From the NCBI GenBank assembly GCA_022813965.1, contig JALDZS010000005.1:1-64000 (forward strand): a DNA stretch of 64,000 nucleotides, written 5' to 3'. Position 1 is the stretch's first letter; every line of letters starts with the position of its first letter. The position numbers were made by a program, and so were the translations under genes. Source of the DNA: Toensbergia leucococca. Lineage: Eukaryota. A model generated the notes under the pieces. It worked only from the letters and a program-made list of their open reading frames with translations, had not been told where the DNA came from and did no database searches. Shown here one piece after another: positions 12,030-26,755 of the stretch.

Positions 12030-13558
12030 GTCGTCGATGGCTGCTTGCACCTGTGCTCGCGTAACGAAGACGGGGTTCCGATAAGGGCACGGGCTACACC
12101 ATGGAGCTGGAGCAGTGCCCTGACTTGCACCGAGGAATTTCTCTCGCGGCTGTCGAATGGCTTGTATGCATACTTGAGTATTCCATTTGGCATGTTTGCG
12201 CGTGTGTGCGATGGCATGGAACGTGCGGGTTGCAACTTGCATGGCTTACGGAGTTAAGTGGGAAATGAGCACCATCATTATTTTTGATGAATGCATTACT
12301 TTCAAAAGATCCCTGAAGCATTGTCGGCCAAACAAGGCTCACTTTGAATCGTCGAGAGCCCTTGCTTGGATGTCTCTACCTTTCCCGATCAATTATTTCC
12401 TACCTGGAAGCTTCGAAATCACGGCGATCGTAACAAATGCGCTGGTATCGAGTTAATTCGACCATTGTACGCAATATGTCCTCTCTTTAATATTAAAGCG
12501 GTCCCTCATAGTGACATGTCTCCCAAGTGGCGAAGACATCTCTGAGTGAGGAACCTTTCACGAGGTTGTGGTGACGATCGTTGGGCGTAGGCGGGAATCT
12601 GCTTGGGCAGAAAGGCTGGCAGAGCGGGAAAGATGTGAGTGGTAAGGGCAAGAAGGGAACCATGAGAGTTGACCGTCCCTTGACTCGAGAAATGATAGAT
12701 GGCGAAGAGTAGCTTTGCCACAATTTGTAGTGGATACAATTGGATGATTACTGTTCAACAAACCACATGATGGTTGAGACTCTAGACTGGTGAACTAAAT
12801 TATAGTTGCATTGCGATGAAGTCAATGAAGGCTACAGCAATCACCCTCACGGCAAAGCCACACCATCTAGATGCAAAACTGCCCGAAACCGATCCTATCC
12901 AATTGACAGCTCGACCAACTTTCGCTCCAACAGAAAAGGCCCAGCACGCGCGTATGCGCTCACACACACACAGACACATCCTCTTCCCCCATCCGCACAC
13001 GCTTAAAAACAGACTTTACCACCCAACCTCCCCACCCCCAAAAAAGACCACCACCGCCAAATGGTCACGCGCACACGCAGCAAATGCAGATAGAATGCCT
13101 CTCGACAAAGCGCCCCGCCCAACAAAGAAACCCCGTCAACAAAAGCTTCCGAGAAACCGAAACGTTCGCAAGCGATGCAAAGGCCCGAAAAGTGTCCGAG
13201 TTTGATATACACCTTGAAAAGCGCGGGCTGAGAAACACAAAAACTTGGGTAGAACAGAAAAAGGAGGGCAAAGCTTGTGTTTGTATTGAACAAGTGCCAT
13301 GCAGGTATATTTACGAGATACGAGTATGCTCCGAGGGCAATGCATGTGACTGAAGCCGCCGACTTCGGCGAGATAAATGAAAACACGTTAAAAAAGTAAA
13401 ACACGAAGATATGTGCAGAATAAGTGCCGAAGAGGTAAACGCCGGGCGAAAGACCGTGAAACCTTCGATGGATTCCCATGTACCTGTGTATGTGCTGATA
13501 TAGTAATATAACCCGAGAAAGTTGCCGAATCTGAAAAGGTCCGAGAAGGTGGACGACG

Positions 13559-16500
13559 TCAACTATCGTTGGATGAAAAAGAATGGAATTCTCCCGTAGG
13601 TGTCAGAACGGATTCCTTGATAGCTTCGAGAATTTTAACGTCCTGCTCAAGGGTAGCGGAGATATTGCAAAGGCTGCGGAGGAATTTGATGGTGCGATTA
13701 AGGAGATGCTCGAGGGTAGGAAGCGGTACGAGAGAAGACAGGGTTGATTTGTAGGTAGCAGCAAGGACTAGGATATTGCCGAATTGACTGTTACACCATC
13801 AGCCTGGTCCATGATTCACCTGATCATTATCCGCGAAGAGGGAGAATAGGTGCGAAGCAGGAATTGGTTTGAAAGAAACTTACGCGTGAGCCGTGCCAAA
13901 GATGTTAGTCACAATGAGGCGTTTGTGAAGCAGAATGCCGTCAAACGCCACGGTACTTGAGATAGCAGCCTCCACGCAGATTCGAGCGGAATGCAGTATC
14001 TCGGTTTTGGCCACCGGACTAATATTTGTCGATCTTGGCGGTGGCATGACACTGCTCCGGCGCTCAGAGTTTATGGCTGAAAACGCGCTTGGGTTGTACT
14101 CGACTCCTTTAGAGTGATCCGCTTGAGATGAACGGGCATCATCAGGATAGAGCTTGTTGACAATGGCATGACGTAGGAATGGTCGATGGATGATGTATCG
14201 TGCGCCATAAAACTTTGCGCGCAATCGAGCTTCAGTGATGTCGTGTGAAGAGTCATCAGAGTCATTCCATTGCAAGGGCTCTGGGAGTGCAGCCCTCCAC
14301 TCCTGCAGCCAGTCTTCCCACCTATCCCGCAACGTAGTTGACCAGCCAGTGCGCTCAGAGTCTTTGGCTAAACCACGTTAGCCGCTGATACCTTGAACCG
14401 GCAATTTGCGCCGAAGGACACTTACTATCAGGAGGATATAGGTCTTTCTGAATGCCATTTAGTATCTGGCGGAGTTGGATCTGGCCAGAATAGTAGATCA
14501 TCATCTTCGACTCCGACCTATGGACCGAGCCGATCTCGGCTTGCTCAACGTAGCCTTTAGGGTATGACACGCCAGTTATGTCTGAGATGCCGGTGCGAGG
14601 CATATCTAGCTCCGCTAATATATCACTTCATTTGGTTAGCAAAGACCTTCGAGGGAATAGTTGACGTTTTACTGACCTCTCGAGCTGCGAGCATGTCCAG
14701 AAAGCGAAATTAATCAGATCTTTCCGGATTGGATCGCGCTCTTTGGACAACGTTGGGCTACGATGCAGCTGTTAAAAACGGTCGAGCTAGGAGAAATTGG
14801 AGGGTTGACCTACTCTCGTACGAGTAATCGACAAGCTCTACAAGCATTGTATATCCAACTCCAGCTCTCGAAAACACTGGCTAATTGACCTGTAAACAAA
14901 CCTGCAAGCAAATTGGCTTGCACGTGCGCTAGGTCATTTGCTCCACTGAGATTACCCAAAATGTCTGTTGCACGGGCAAAGTAAGCTAAACCAGGAATTA
15001 CGTCGACGTTCCTCAGTCCAGAACAAGGTTCTTCGGTTGAAGATCTGCGGCTCAGGTTGCCAAGTCGAAGACCACTCATTGGCGACGGAGCAGATGTGTT
15101 GGTTGTGGAGTGGGACGATGATGTTGGTGATTGCCGTATTAAGAGAGGTGGGGGTGAGTCTGTATGGAGAGGCATCGGCGAGTATGAACTAGGCCGCTGA
15201 TTTGGCGTTTCTTTGATGTCATCCGGAACGGGACCTGGCAGGGCCGTTTGGTGCTCGCATATCCTGCCCAAAGCCATCACAAGCAGGACGATTGCGGTGG
15301 ATATTGAATGCTCCAGTGCCGGCTTCAAGACTGATCGACCGGACATGGAGCCTAGTTCTGAGTTGAAGCTGTGAAAAGATGCATCTGAATGCTTTCTCTT
15401 TGCTATTTTCTGAAAGTGGATCGACGGTTCTCGGCGTGAATCATGAGCCAAGGTGACAGCGGGTAAAGTGAACGGGGACTTGACGACGTTCATTTCTGAA
15501 GGATTGTATCTCTTTGCAAACCGCTCCACCATCCGGGCTAGTCGAGCCTTGTCCATGAAAGGATGCATAATATGGATGTTCTCCATGTAGCTTGCTAACA
15601 AGCGGTGGAGTGTAGGGGGATCGATCTTCAGAGTACCATCAGGATTAAGGCCGCCGATGCTCTCGTGGGTTGGATTTCTGAACTCGGTCGCTGGGGGGCT
15701 GTTGAAACTAGTTCCCCATAGACCTTCCGGAGGCGAGGCCGGACTCTGTGCTTCGTGGAGTTCATCGCCTCGCACGCTGGGAGAGTTGCTCGACGGGCTG
15801 AAGGGACCTGGTTGACCTCCGTCACCATAGTCACGCCCTCGGCCTTTCCCATACACACGCAAAACTCCTTTGTTCTCCTCCATCTCCATAACATAATCAT
15901 CACTATAATGTGACCACGGCTTGAGCAAGGCCTTGATCGCTGGCCAGCGAAGCAGTCGGTGAGCAGCTGTGGTATGTTCCACTGAAAAAGAGAACGACCC
16001 ATCGTCCGCGCGAGCTGGCTCAGAATTAACGATTCTACGGGCGAATTTCTCGGCATTCTTCTGTTCATCGCCCTCGCGAAGTGATTCTGCAGGCGGAGGT
16101 GGGAGAGAATGAGTAGTCCGCGTTTTTTCGGTGTGTTTCCTTTCAGAGCTTTCCCTATCCATTTGACCGAGAACCGGCTTGATATCTTGACTCTCGGCGG
16201 CTGAATGTGTAGATGGGTGCTGTGAAGCAATATTCAATAACATTTTCTCGATCCGTTCGAGTCTCTTGTCCACACTCTTAATCTCATGCTTATGAGACGC
16301 TAATTGCTCCAGTATTGCTTGGTTCGCGCGGTCGGCCCTGGCTTGTATCAGCGTATGACATGACTCCCTGATCTACGGGAAACTCATACTTCGCTGGGGC
16401 AACAGTTTGATAATTACATCTCATGGAACTTTCAACGCAAAATCCACACTCCGGCCTACCTTCATCGCATTTCTGTTTTCTCGAACGACACACATCGCAC

Positions 16501-17227
16501 GCCTATACGAGTATGTTTAGCAAATGCAATAATTGGATTTACATGCCCTTACCTGAATTGCTCGATTTTGCTTCTTCGGTCGAGGTATGCCTGGGTAGTT
16601 TGACGGGGCGCCAAATGGGCCTCCACCGTATGCGTGCGGGGTTGTGTGGACCGGCGATTGACTGTATTCCCCGCCGTGTCCTTGCGAGGGAGCGCGAGAC
16701 GATTCATTGTACGTGGACATTGGCAGGCCATGAGCGTGGCCGTTGGGCTGCCCGTCATGGGTCATGTATCCGGGCGCCGGTCCAAGGTGTTCGGGGTGCT
16801 GGGGCTGCGGATAATGATGCGCTTCGTGGGACGAGGCGGTCGTCAATAGTGGCCGCGGCTGGGCGAGTTGTTGAACGTCGTCTGAGGAACGCGTCGGGGC
16901 GGAAGCGCTGCCATGTCTCGAATAGGTCACGTCAGGGGGGTAGTTGCGTGGGTCACGGACTTGAGGGGCGTAGGATGCAGGAGGATGAGCGTAAGGGTGC
17001 GGAGAAGGCTCCAGCAAAGCTCGATGGTCGGCGGCGGTGACTTCGTATGGTGACGGCGGTGGTCGCGGCGTGTAGGCGAGATGCGGCGGGGGAATGGTGC
17101 TGTGAGGCGGGTAAGTGCTGGGCTGCTGCTGCTGCTGCGGCTGCTGTGGTTGATGCGAAAGGATATGTTCGCTATAGGGATCCAAGCGTGGCCGTTTCAC
17201 TGCCTCGGGGCCGCCTGTTTCCTCCAT
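13559..17227 (-). CDS. Zn(II)2Cys6 fungal transcription factor with middle-homology region
   Basis: ACDVCRSRKQKCDEGRPECGFCVESSMRC zinc cluster across an intron; P/Q-rich N-terminus; YMENIHIMHPF, AFWTCSQLE and RLRAKFYGARYIIHRPFL motifs; last exon ends SFSSNDS* at 13559. Confidence 0.9.
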
Positions 17228-20200
17228 CTATGTACCCACAAGGTGCCCAGATCCATCTGCTCAGTCAGTCGGGTCATGCGTGCTTCGGGTGTCCCGTTCT
17301 ATGGGTCCAGCACATCGACAACGTTGCGGCGAATCACAGTCGTCATTTGAGCGGTCACAACATCCAGGCTAACGTAGAGAGGAGAGAGGGTCGCGTTGCT
17401 CAGGGTTTCCGGTGTGTGGGAGGCTGACGATGAAGATGAGGATGAGGATGAGGATCAGTAGCTACTACTCGTACGTACAGACTACAGCGATCCTTGGCGA
17501 ATAGTCAGTATGTAGGGAAGGGCAAGAGGGGCTCGCCCGATCCCACTTCTCATAAGATCTGCAATATAGCTCCATTCTTCAAGGCCTGCCAGACCCAGTG
17601 CAGCGTGCCGGGAGTCCATGGCGTACGGCAGGGGGTCAGCCACTAGCTTTTTCGAGGCCTTGGACGGTGGGTATTTGCCGAGTGGGTCCATTTACAGATG
17701 CGGCAAATGAGATGTGTGTCATAAAGTTTGGCACGATTACCTGGTCAGATAGCATTGATTGCAGTACGAAGCAAGCTATCTACATGGCATGGATCAAGAT
17801 TCAAGGCAGTCTCATCACTCTGGCAATGGAATAGAATAATCCACGAGGCAGACATGAGGCACGCATGACGCCGATGTTCGCGTGGGGTTACGAAGTACCA
17901 CACTCATCTGCTGACGCTACCATGTCTCCACTTCGCAATTGACATTTGGCGAAATCAGAGTTTACCTATCCGTATATTACCTAAGATAGCCTCGCTTCTC
18001 AAATCTCAGCTACTATTCTAGGTACTCGTACCTTACAATAATAAAAGGCAAAATCGTCCACCGGTCATCCTGCTATCCGTCCTTCGCTTCATGAGTTGAC
18101 ACGACCAATCATGACAATGACTAGAACACCAGTGCGAGCAAGTGCCGATCTCAAGACTTCCTCGTGACCATGGTACTTGACTTTTACGCTTCCACGAGGA
18201 GCGGCTGTCTCATCTTGTGGAGAGATGAGAGATCGACAGGGCTTCCCCTGTATGTCAAAACATTAGGTAGACGATTAAAAGCCTTTTAATCTTACACAGT
18301 ATTCTATGATGTGTTGCCAGAAACCAGGTACTTGGAGTGGCTGAATAGCGAGGAACGAGTACGGATAATTCTTTTCGTACCATGGATGGAATGGCAAAGG
18401 CTGGCCTGCATCAACGGCCGCCTTGCTGACTCGCTGCCATGCTACGTAGAGTAGATCGATTTGATAATAATGACCTCGTAAAGATGATCTGATAGGTGCC
18501 CAATAGGTGGCATGACGTGTTTACCTGTCAATCTTGCATTGGCCTTCACGCATGGCAACCGTGTCCTGCCCGATCTTGCCTTCTTTTGTGGGGCAACGGC
18601 CATCACCTCTTCAACAATGATGAGTGGCGTGACTACGCTACAAAGTTACCTAGTACTTGATGCTCCGCCACCTCATGCGGCCAAATATTCTAGCGTCATC
18701 ACAGCAGTACTTTCAATAAAGTATATGTCACTCGTCAATGACTTTAATTCAAGTAGGAACCGAGCTGCCTGTCCTGCTAATCATGACATTTGTGTCCACA
18801 GAAGTAAGGTAGCCAGTAATCGATGCTGCTATTTGTCACGTAATCTCCCCCTCTCGGCTCACTATCATGATGTTCCAGGGCTAGATTATTTGATGTTGAA
18901 CGGATTCGTGAACGATACCTGGCCATTCTTGAAATTCTTGAAGGTGGGGAGAAAATCATATGCATGACAGGGGTTTCATCACTGACTTGCAGCTACCGAG
19001 GGAGCCCCTAAAAAATATTCCTTATTGTCACCTCACCGCAAGACCCTCAAATTGACATGTAGCCCTGTCCTGTATCGCGCTTCAGCCGCCGTTCTCAGAT
19101 TACTTTGCAGATTTCATAGCTTGTTGCCGAACGTCTTTGAAGTGGGCAATGCGAGTAGCTGAAATCCTAGCATTTTTCAACAGTGATCAATAATAAGCCG
19201 CCTTCGCAACTGTTGACGTCGTTCTCGTGACAAAAGCATGGCTTTTTGCTCTTTCATTCTTGACAGGTGTCTTTGGTGACAGACAGGTGAAAGTCCATGG
19301 GATTCACATTGTTCAATGTATTTCCAATGACAGACTCTCCTCGACTCATTCTGTTGGAGGTTGAGAGCCACTTTCAAGTAACATTCAATCGGTGAGACCA
19401 GGATTAGGCCTATCAGGAATGAAATGTCCACATTTATTATTCGCTATCAATGTCTCCTGGGTGTTGCAAATCGACAATTCCTGCTTAAAATTTAAATCGT
19501 GTCAAGCTCCCTGTCATCAATTCCGTTAACGATGCAACCCTCAATCACTTCCCATGTCATCAGGGGATCGAAGAGAAAGTCAATTGGATTGCCGGCCTTA
19601 TCTCAAATCATATTTGCAACTGCCCGTGTGTAACGCTTCAAAATGACACGGCCATCTTGAGATTTATTTACCAAAGTTTGAGATTGTCATGCACCCATGC
19701 AGTCTCCTCACTCCTGTACAAGGCCGGTGGTGCTCTTATCAGTAGTATCAAGTTCCTGGATTCTTTCAACAATACTCGCATAATCAATCACTTGATGCAC
19801 CTTTGATCTTTAGTTGGGCAACGCCTTGATCATTCCTATGTGGCTATCCTGACGTGTAAGATCTCTGGACCTCTCCATTAAATTTCATGCTTTGCTAATG
19901 AACATCTACTCACGGAATTCCTCAAGATACTTTTCCCTGCCCGCCTCGGATTGAATGTTCTCTTAGCTACCATGATCCGAGGATCCAATTGGCCTTACAT
20001 TACCAAATCCACGGTGAAGCTTCAGCCAAACTTTCAGTAGAGTATGATTCATTATGATTGCCGCTGCTGCTATTATTGTCATAGTCATACGCATAGATGC
20101 CGGGTCAGCATGACTAATTCTCTTCAACTAGGTTCTAGGGACTGTTCAAAATCTTCCCGCAACGTCAAAGACAAACTTTGAGAGCTGAATTTCCTTGAAA

Positions 20201-22481
20201 GCACAGCAGCCAGCGGTCAGATCTGGGCTTGAAGAAGATCAATCCTACAAGTTTCTGCTTCAACACTAGCAATTCAGGTGTTTCGCTCTGATGAATGGGA
20301 TACTCACCTGAAGAAACTAATGGTAGACTGCGCTATTGCTCAAACTTATAAAAAAGAGCTTCAACGTCTTTGATTATAGTCTTAGCTTTCTTCACAAGAT
20401 CTAGGAAGCCATTCAAACAGAGTATTGACATTTTCGTACTACTCAGGACCAAGTCAGGTTCGGAGTCAAAAGACGGATAATATGAGAAAATAGTAAGTTT
20501 TGTGTGTCTTCAAAGCCTTTGAGCTAACTCCGTAATTGGAAACAGGAAAATTATATTGTCTGCCTACTCATTCATCCTTTGTATGATCAGTCTGGTTGAA
20601 GAGCTACTTGTTTGAGATGAAGCAAGACCGCCCGCGATTAAGAATCACTCATCATGAAAGCTGCAATGGCTATACTGAGGTAGATTGAGTCTAGCTTTTA
20701 AGATATAATTATGCCACAAGTCTGTTCAGCCTCTTATACGTCAAGACGTTCATTCAATGCTACATCAGGTCCTCATATATCCATCAAAGGTGTTGCCGTT
20801 CCTGATCAACTGATATTAGACTTTTCAAAATAATGGCACTTAACTGAGTGCTTTTCTTCAGTCTGCCTTCTCAGAGAGCTCGAAATGTCAATTCGAGGAT
20901 CATGATCACTTCTTCTTGCCAGTGAAAGCTTCCGAGACGATATCTTTGTAATACGGGTTGAGCATCTTCAGAGCTCTGCTAGCGATGGTTTCTACCCTAC
21001 TACAAAATTTTGCCCGTTACGCTTTGAGAACATCACATGTATAGGGATTCTCCATGAGTATAAGAAGTTGCGCTCATCACGGCAATTTTGCCATGAAGCA
21101 GCTACTCCATCCGTACTAGGAAGATCTGAGCTGTCTTTTCTAACCCATAGTAGTGAATTGTTGACAACACCGTGTCCAACCCATAAGAAAATTTCATTGC
21201 CAGGGGATAAATGCGTACTACACATGGCGTGATGCCGATGACATCCTGATCAACATGCAGAACAGGTACTTTGCACTCCATACTGCATCAAGTAGTGAGG
21301 TCTCAAATATTGAAGGAAGCCTTTCAGATGTGATGTCAATGCTATATTGAAAGTTTTCAAAGCTTTAATGCTGCTCGTAGTCATCAAAATGGGTTCGGTC
21401 TTCTTGGAGTGGCCGAAATGGCTGGACTGTGGTAGATCGTATATTGGAAGTCATTCGAGTGGTTAGGTCGTTTTGCGAAGAAGATAATGAGTTGGGTTCG
21501 AATATCGATCTTTGGAATAAGCAGTGTCAGGATTCCTTGTTGCAAGAGGGTCGGAGCGCAAAGGTGCACGTGCCATGGTTGCAGCACATCAGTGCTCGAA
21601 CTAAGATTTCTCGATTCTTGATAATTTCTACCTACTCATGTCTCGCTAATAAATGAAAAATAAGTCCCATTGTTTGTGCGGAGTATTCTAAGCGAAGTTA
21701 TTTCGTACTGGAAGGGTTCCCTCGGATTCTGGCGAACATTGCAAACGAGCCCGAGTCTCTCGTAATACAGCTCCTGCACCCTGGATCATGTACGGCCAGA
21801 TAGAACCAGGATCTATCAGACCAACTGCTATTGGAAGGTGAGGGCTGAACAGACTGAATAATTCCAGGCTGCAACCGAGGGCTGGGCTCAGTCCGCAAGC
21901 TGGATGATATACCTAGTTGGTACATCAGAGACAAGCGAGACAAGGTATGGATACTTCCGGTGTCGAAGCGATGTTTCATCTTCCATCAATGTTCTATTGA
22001 TTGACTGCCGAGGGCCGAGATCTACAAGAATATGATCAAGATCAAGATCCAATCAATGAACTCTTCTACTCGTACTTCCAGGCTTGTTCCAGGCCCCCGA
22101 AGACGGGAGCCAACAACTCGGAATCCGCCTGCCTCCTCTCTCCTCTCTCCCCCACAAAGTCTCTAAGCGAACCGCCTTTGTCAAGTCTCTCGTTTGCACA
22201 CAAGTACTCGTAGAGTAGAGTACTCGTGCTTTGGAGAACGTCACCTGTTGTTGCACCAAATGATGGCAGCCTTTCTGTTCTCGTGTTTGAATGGGGCCGG
22301 TAGATCACCCTGCTATCGGCTACCTTGGGCTACGGTGAGGCCGTTCACACCGTATTCCAGTGAAGTATCCGACTCTTAATTCATGTAACCACGACACACT
22401 ATCCACACCCTTTCTACTTATTCTGCATATTGACCTCTCAACTCACTATTCTCCCCTCCCGTGGTGTTGCAAGCAAGCAAC

Positions 22482-24537
22482 ATGTCGGCTTTTCTAGCCT
22501 TAGTCTTGGTCTTCCTCACCCTCACCATTTCCTATCTCTTGAGCACCTATCGCGCTTTTATTCGCAATCTAGCAGAGGCCAAGGCCTCCAACATCACCTA
22601 TGTCCTCACCCCTGTCTACGCATTTCAGACATTTTGGCTTCTCACCCATTGGCTTTGGCTACCTTGTCTTCACAAGCTCCCCCATCGTTGGATTTATCCA
22701 TGGATAGACCTGGTCAATCCCGAGTGGCCTTGGAATCTTCAGTTCACCCCGTTTCAAGACCTAGGTGTCGATACCTTTATGACCGTCTCGCCAGGAGCCA
22801 ACATTGTGTGGACAGCTGAGGCTGCAGTCATTCAGCAGGTTACTACAAGAAGGAACGATTTCCCGAAACCAACATATCTGTACAAATCAGTTGATCTTTT
22901 CGGAAAGAATGTTGTGTCCGCAGAAGGACAGATGTGGAGACACCATCGAAAGATCACGAGCCCACCTTTCACAGAGAAGAATAACCACTTGGTGTGGACT
23001 GAGAGTATCCACCAAGCCCAGTCCATGCTGAGAAGCTGGGTTACAGAAATCGGAAATGGTCCACAGACCGTTAAAAAGGTCGCCGACGATACAATGAGGT
23101 TGAGTTTGCATGTTATCAGTCGAGCAGGCTTCGGTATACGTCTACTTTGGCCAGGCGTGGAAGATAGCAATGGTAAGGACATTGGAAACGAAAGAATGGA
23201 AGCTCTAGATCATGGAGTCATGAAGAAGATCAACTTCAGCGGAGACCACCGTTTGAGCTACACTGATGCACTTGGTACACTCCTTCATAATCTCCTCTGG
23301 GTCATGTTCGTGCCAGGTTTCCTTCTAAGTGAACAATCCGACCTACATGGTGCACGTATCTAGAACTGATTCTTGCGTAGAGCATTTGCCTTTCAAGACG
23401 ACCAAGGTGTCATACACATCTTTCATTGAATGGGGCAAATACATGGAAGAAATGTATCAAATCAAGAAGGCCGAAGTAGCTGCAGGCAAAGAGCAAGAAG
23501 GTTTAGATCTCATGGGCGCTCTCGTTAAAGGGGCCGGCATAACAAGCCAAATGGAATATCAGCCTTCATCTCTTGAGAAAGGCAATGCAAGTTCAAGGCA
23601 ACTGTTGACGGACGATGAGATCATAGGTAATGCTTTCGTATTTATTCTGGCAGGCCACGAAACCACAGCGAACGCCATTCACTTCTCTTTGCTTTATCTT
23701 GCCATGGATATTACTTTTCAGCGACGTCTGCAGAAAGACCTGGATCACATCTTCCAAGACAAACCGATCAGCGAGTGGGACTACGAACGCGACATGCCCA
23801 AATTGTTCGGTGGCTTAGCAGGAGCTGTGCTCAATGAAGTGCTCCGTCTTGTACCCCCGGTCGTTAGTATTCCTAAATGTACACTCGAAGGACAGCGCCA
23901 AGGTATCATCGTTGATGGTAAGAAATGCCTAATTTTCGGTGGCACGCGGATCAATCTTCTCTCGATCGCAACGCACCGTAATCCTAGAAATTGGCCTACT
24001 GGCCCCCCCTCAGACCCAGCTAATTTAATACACCCAACTTCAAACACGAACAATGACCTTGAAGAGTTCAAGCCTGAACGCTGGTTGATAGAGTCATCGC
24101 ACGGTAAACAGGCGCCGAATGGCCGAAACTCATTCAACGAAACAGCCCGGAGTTCAGAATCGGATGATCTAGGCGTTAATACGACTTCTGATACCGCGTC
24201 CGCATTTTTCCGCCCACCTAAAGGCGCGTACATCCCCTTCAGTGATGGCTACCGCGCCTGCCTTGGTCGGCGTTTCGCACAAGTGGAGGTGCTTGCGGTG
24301 CTAGCAGTCATCTTCTTTGGTTATTCAGTGGAGCTAGCAGTGGATAAGTATGCCTCGGATGACAAGGTAGACGAAATGGATAGTAGCGAAAAGAGAGAAG
24401 TCTGGATGAAGGCCGAGGCTGAGGCAAGGGATTTACTGAGGAATGGGATGGGGACGATGATCACGTTGCAGATGAGAAAGGGCTCAATTCCGTTGAGATT
24501 CGTGAAGAGGGGAAAGGAGAGATTTGATTTTGCATAG
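22482..24537 (+). CDS. Cytochrome P450 monooxygenase
   Basis: N-terminal membrane anchor; AGHETTA (I-helix), EVLR (ExxR), FKPERW, FSDGYRACLG haem motif; one intron at ~23329-23380. Confidence 0.95.
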
Positions 24538-24779
24538 TTTGCGTACTTTGCGGCCTAGGTAATAGCTAATGGAAGCTTGCATAGAAAGCTATCGGATCTG
24601 CCACCTCGTAAGTAAGCAAACGAAGATTTTCTACGTGTTTTATCATCTGTTCATTTAGTCGACATGTTTCATGCATGGCAAACGATGAAGCAACAAATAC
24701 TTGTTTCTGGAAGACGCTTTATTTATACCGCAATGGCCCTTCGTTTCGAAAAGCCAGCAGGTCTGGTATTTTCATCTGA

Positions 24780-26755
24780 ATGGATCGACTTACTTCTCCG
24801 ACGCATTACATGGTAAGTGATACGGATCGTTCCAGCTATTCTGGAAATTGTTGCCCCCACCCACCTGGAGTCAGTCCGTTCCAACGCACTGGACCATCCC
24901 AAAGACAACATGGCAATGTGTGGGGTTTGGATTCCGTGCATCACTTGAGAGATCCATCTTTCCACACTTGTTGTCCACGGCTTGACTGCATGGGGACAGG
25001 TCCAATCCAAAGTCCCAGACTGGAAGGTTCTCAAAGACATGGACAGAAACATGGACGCCGTGAATCCATAGCCGTTGTTAATTTCTCTGTATGGGATGGC
25101 ATCACATTAAGTAATGATGAGCCATGGACACAATTCGAAAGTGAAGGTAGGAACAGTCTCGGTGGCTTCGAACAAAGTTCAAGTAGCCATCTGACGAATC
25201 TTGCTTATCTAGATCACCATTCCTTTCCCCGTCCAAGACGACCAATACACCAAATTATGAGAAATCCTCCGTACCATCAGAACCGCAGCGGCATCAACAG
25301 TCTCGGTCAATCACCCCCGTCGATCCATGCTTTTCACACCTCCCTATATTATTCCTCCGAAGCTCCACCTATCCCACACGAGCAACCATGGTTCACGTCC
25401 CTCGAAGCTGCGTCGGTCGAATACACTGGGCTGGCTGGAAACCCGAGTCAGGACAACCTCACGCAAGATGAGCTCGAAGAGCATATAACCTCCAACTGTT
25501 TGCACCAATTCATCCACGGCAGTAGCACTCATGTCTGTGACCAACAAGATGGGAGCCGTCAAGCGACTTGCACAAGCACAACGCCTTCGATTAATAATCG
25601 CTGCAAAACCGTAGATGAGAGCTTTCCGCAAGCTTCGCCCAGAGCCCCTATTCCCCAAACCCCGGAAACACAAGACCCAGAGCTTGACTTGCCAAATTTT
25701 GAACCGCATCCAGCATCCAATTGTGCAGCACCGGAAGATGATCCACTTTCCTGCCCCCGAAACCCACGATCTCGGCACAATCGTCACTCCCACCAACGGC
25801 GAAACTCGGTACCAGATACAGCCAATCCCAACGAAGACCACAGCACAAGTCGAAGTAAATCTCCTACCTTGAGACGCCAGAGGAAGATCGTCCGACTCGG
25901 CCTCCGAAGAAACGCGCTCGGGCTCGCCACTGTCCGAGCGACATGCCGCCAGCTCAGACAACAAAGGCGCCTACTACGGCAAGAGCAAGAGCAGCTACGA
26001 CTTAATCAAGAATTGATCGAGAAAGCAGAGCGCGCTCTCCGAGCCCACGAACACAGTATTTTTCAGTCTCGTGACTCGCGCCACTGGACCTCACCATACG
26101 CCAGCACATCTGAGATTTCTTGTGACGACTCTTTCAGTTCCCAAAGCTCAGACCTCAGCCTGGAATCTCCCTACTCCCCCCTCGGTACCCCTTTTCCTAG
26201 TCCCATATCCTATTCCGACTCCTTTCCCCTATTCCGCGCTTTCCCACGCTCGCGCCCCTCAACCCCCCAAATCACTCGCACCCCAGCCGCCGCCCTCGTC
26301 GCATATGAGAATGCCTGGTCTACCTTCCCCAAACCGCGAAACAGAACCCCAATCCCCTATCCAACCACCACCCTCCTCCCCGACCCCCTCGCGCACCTTC
26401 CCCCTCCACCCGGCCTCCCGTAGAATGGCGCAAGAGCCCCAAAAATCCCTACACCCATGAAACAATCACCTACAACACCTTCTCCTTCTTCTGTGCCGCC
26501 TTCGCCGTCACTTGCACCCTCTCAGACAAAGGGGAGCCGGAAATGCAAGGCGCACGCCGCGTGGACGGCGCGACGTTGGAGAAGATACGGGCGCAGGCAG
26601 ACCATGACGTTAAGCGGTGGCATCAGGATAAGCGGAAGGAACGGGAACTGAGGGATTGGGAGGAGGACTTTGCAAAGGGAATTTGGGAAGGGGCGAGGAG
26701 CCTACGGCAAGCTTGTCGGGAGGAGGGGGAGAGGAGGGTCAGGGATGCTTGTTAG
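24780..26755 (+). CDS. Hypothetical protein (disordered N-terminus, coiled coil, C-terminal RWHQDK domain) interrupted by a 1-nt frameshift near 26400
   Basis: The 547-aa ORF stops at 26423, but protein-like sequence continues in the -1 frame (PPVEWRKSPKNPY..KRWHQDKRKE..AKGIWEGA) to 26755. Confidence 0.55.

Noticed and set aside
12800..13560. Several overlapping short ORFs
   Set aside because: Low-complexity sequence directly downstream of the TF stop; best explained as 3' UTR/terminator, with no recognisable domain.
13559..24537. Secondary-metabolite cluster (Zn2Cys6 TF + P450)
   Set aside because: No PKS, NRPS, terpene synthase or DUF3328 gene recognised; the genes are 5 kb apart among unrelated genes, so there is no evidence of linkage, including to the KEP gene.
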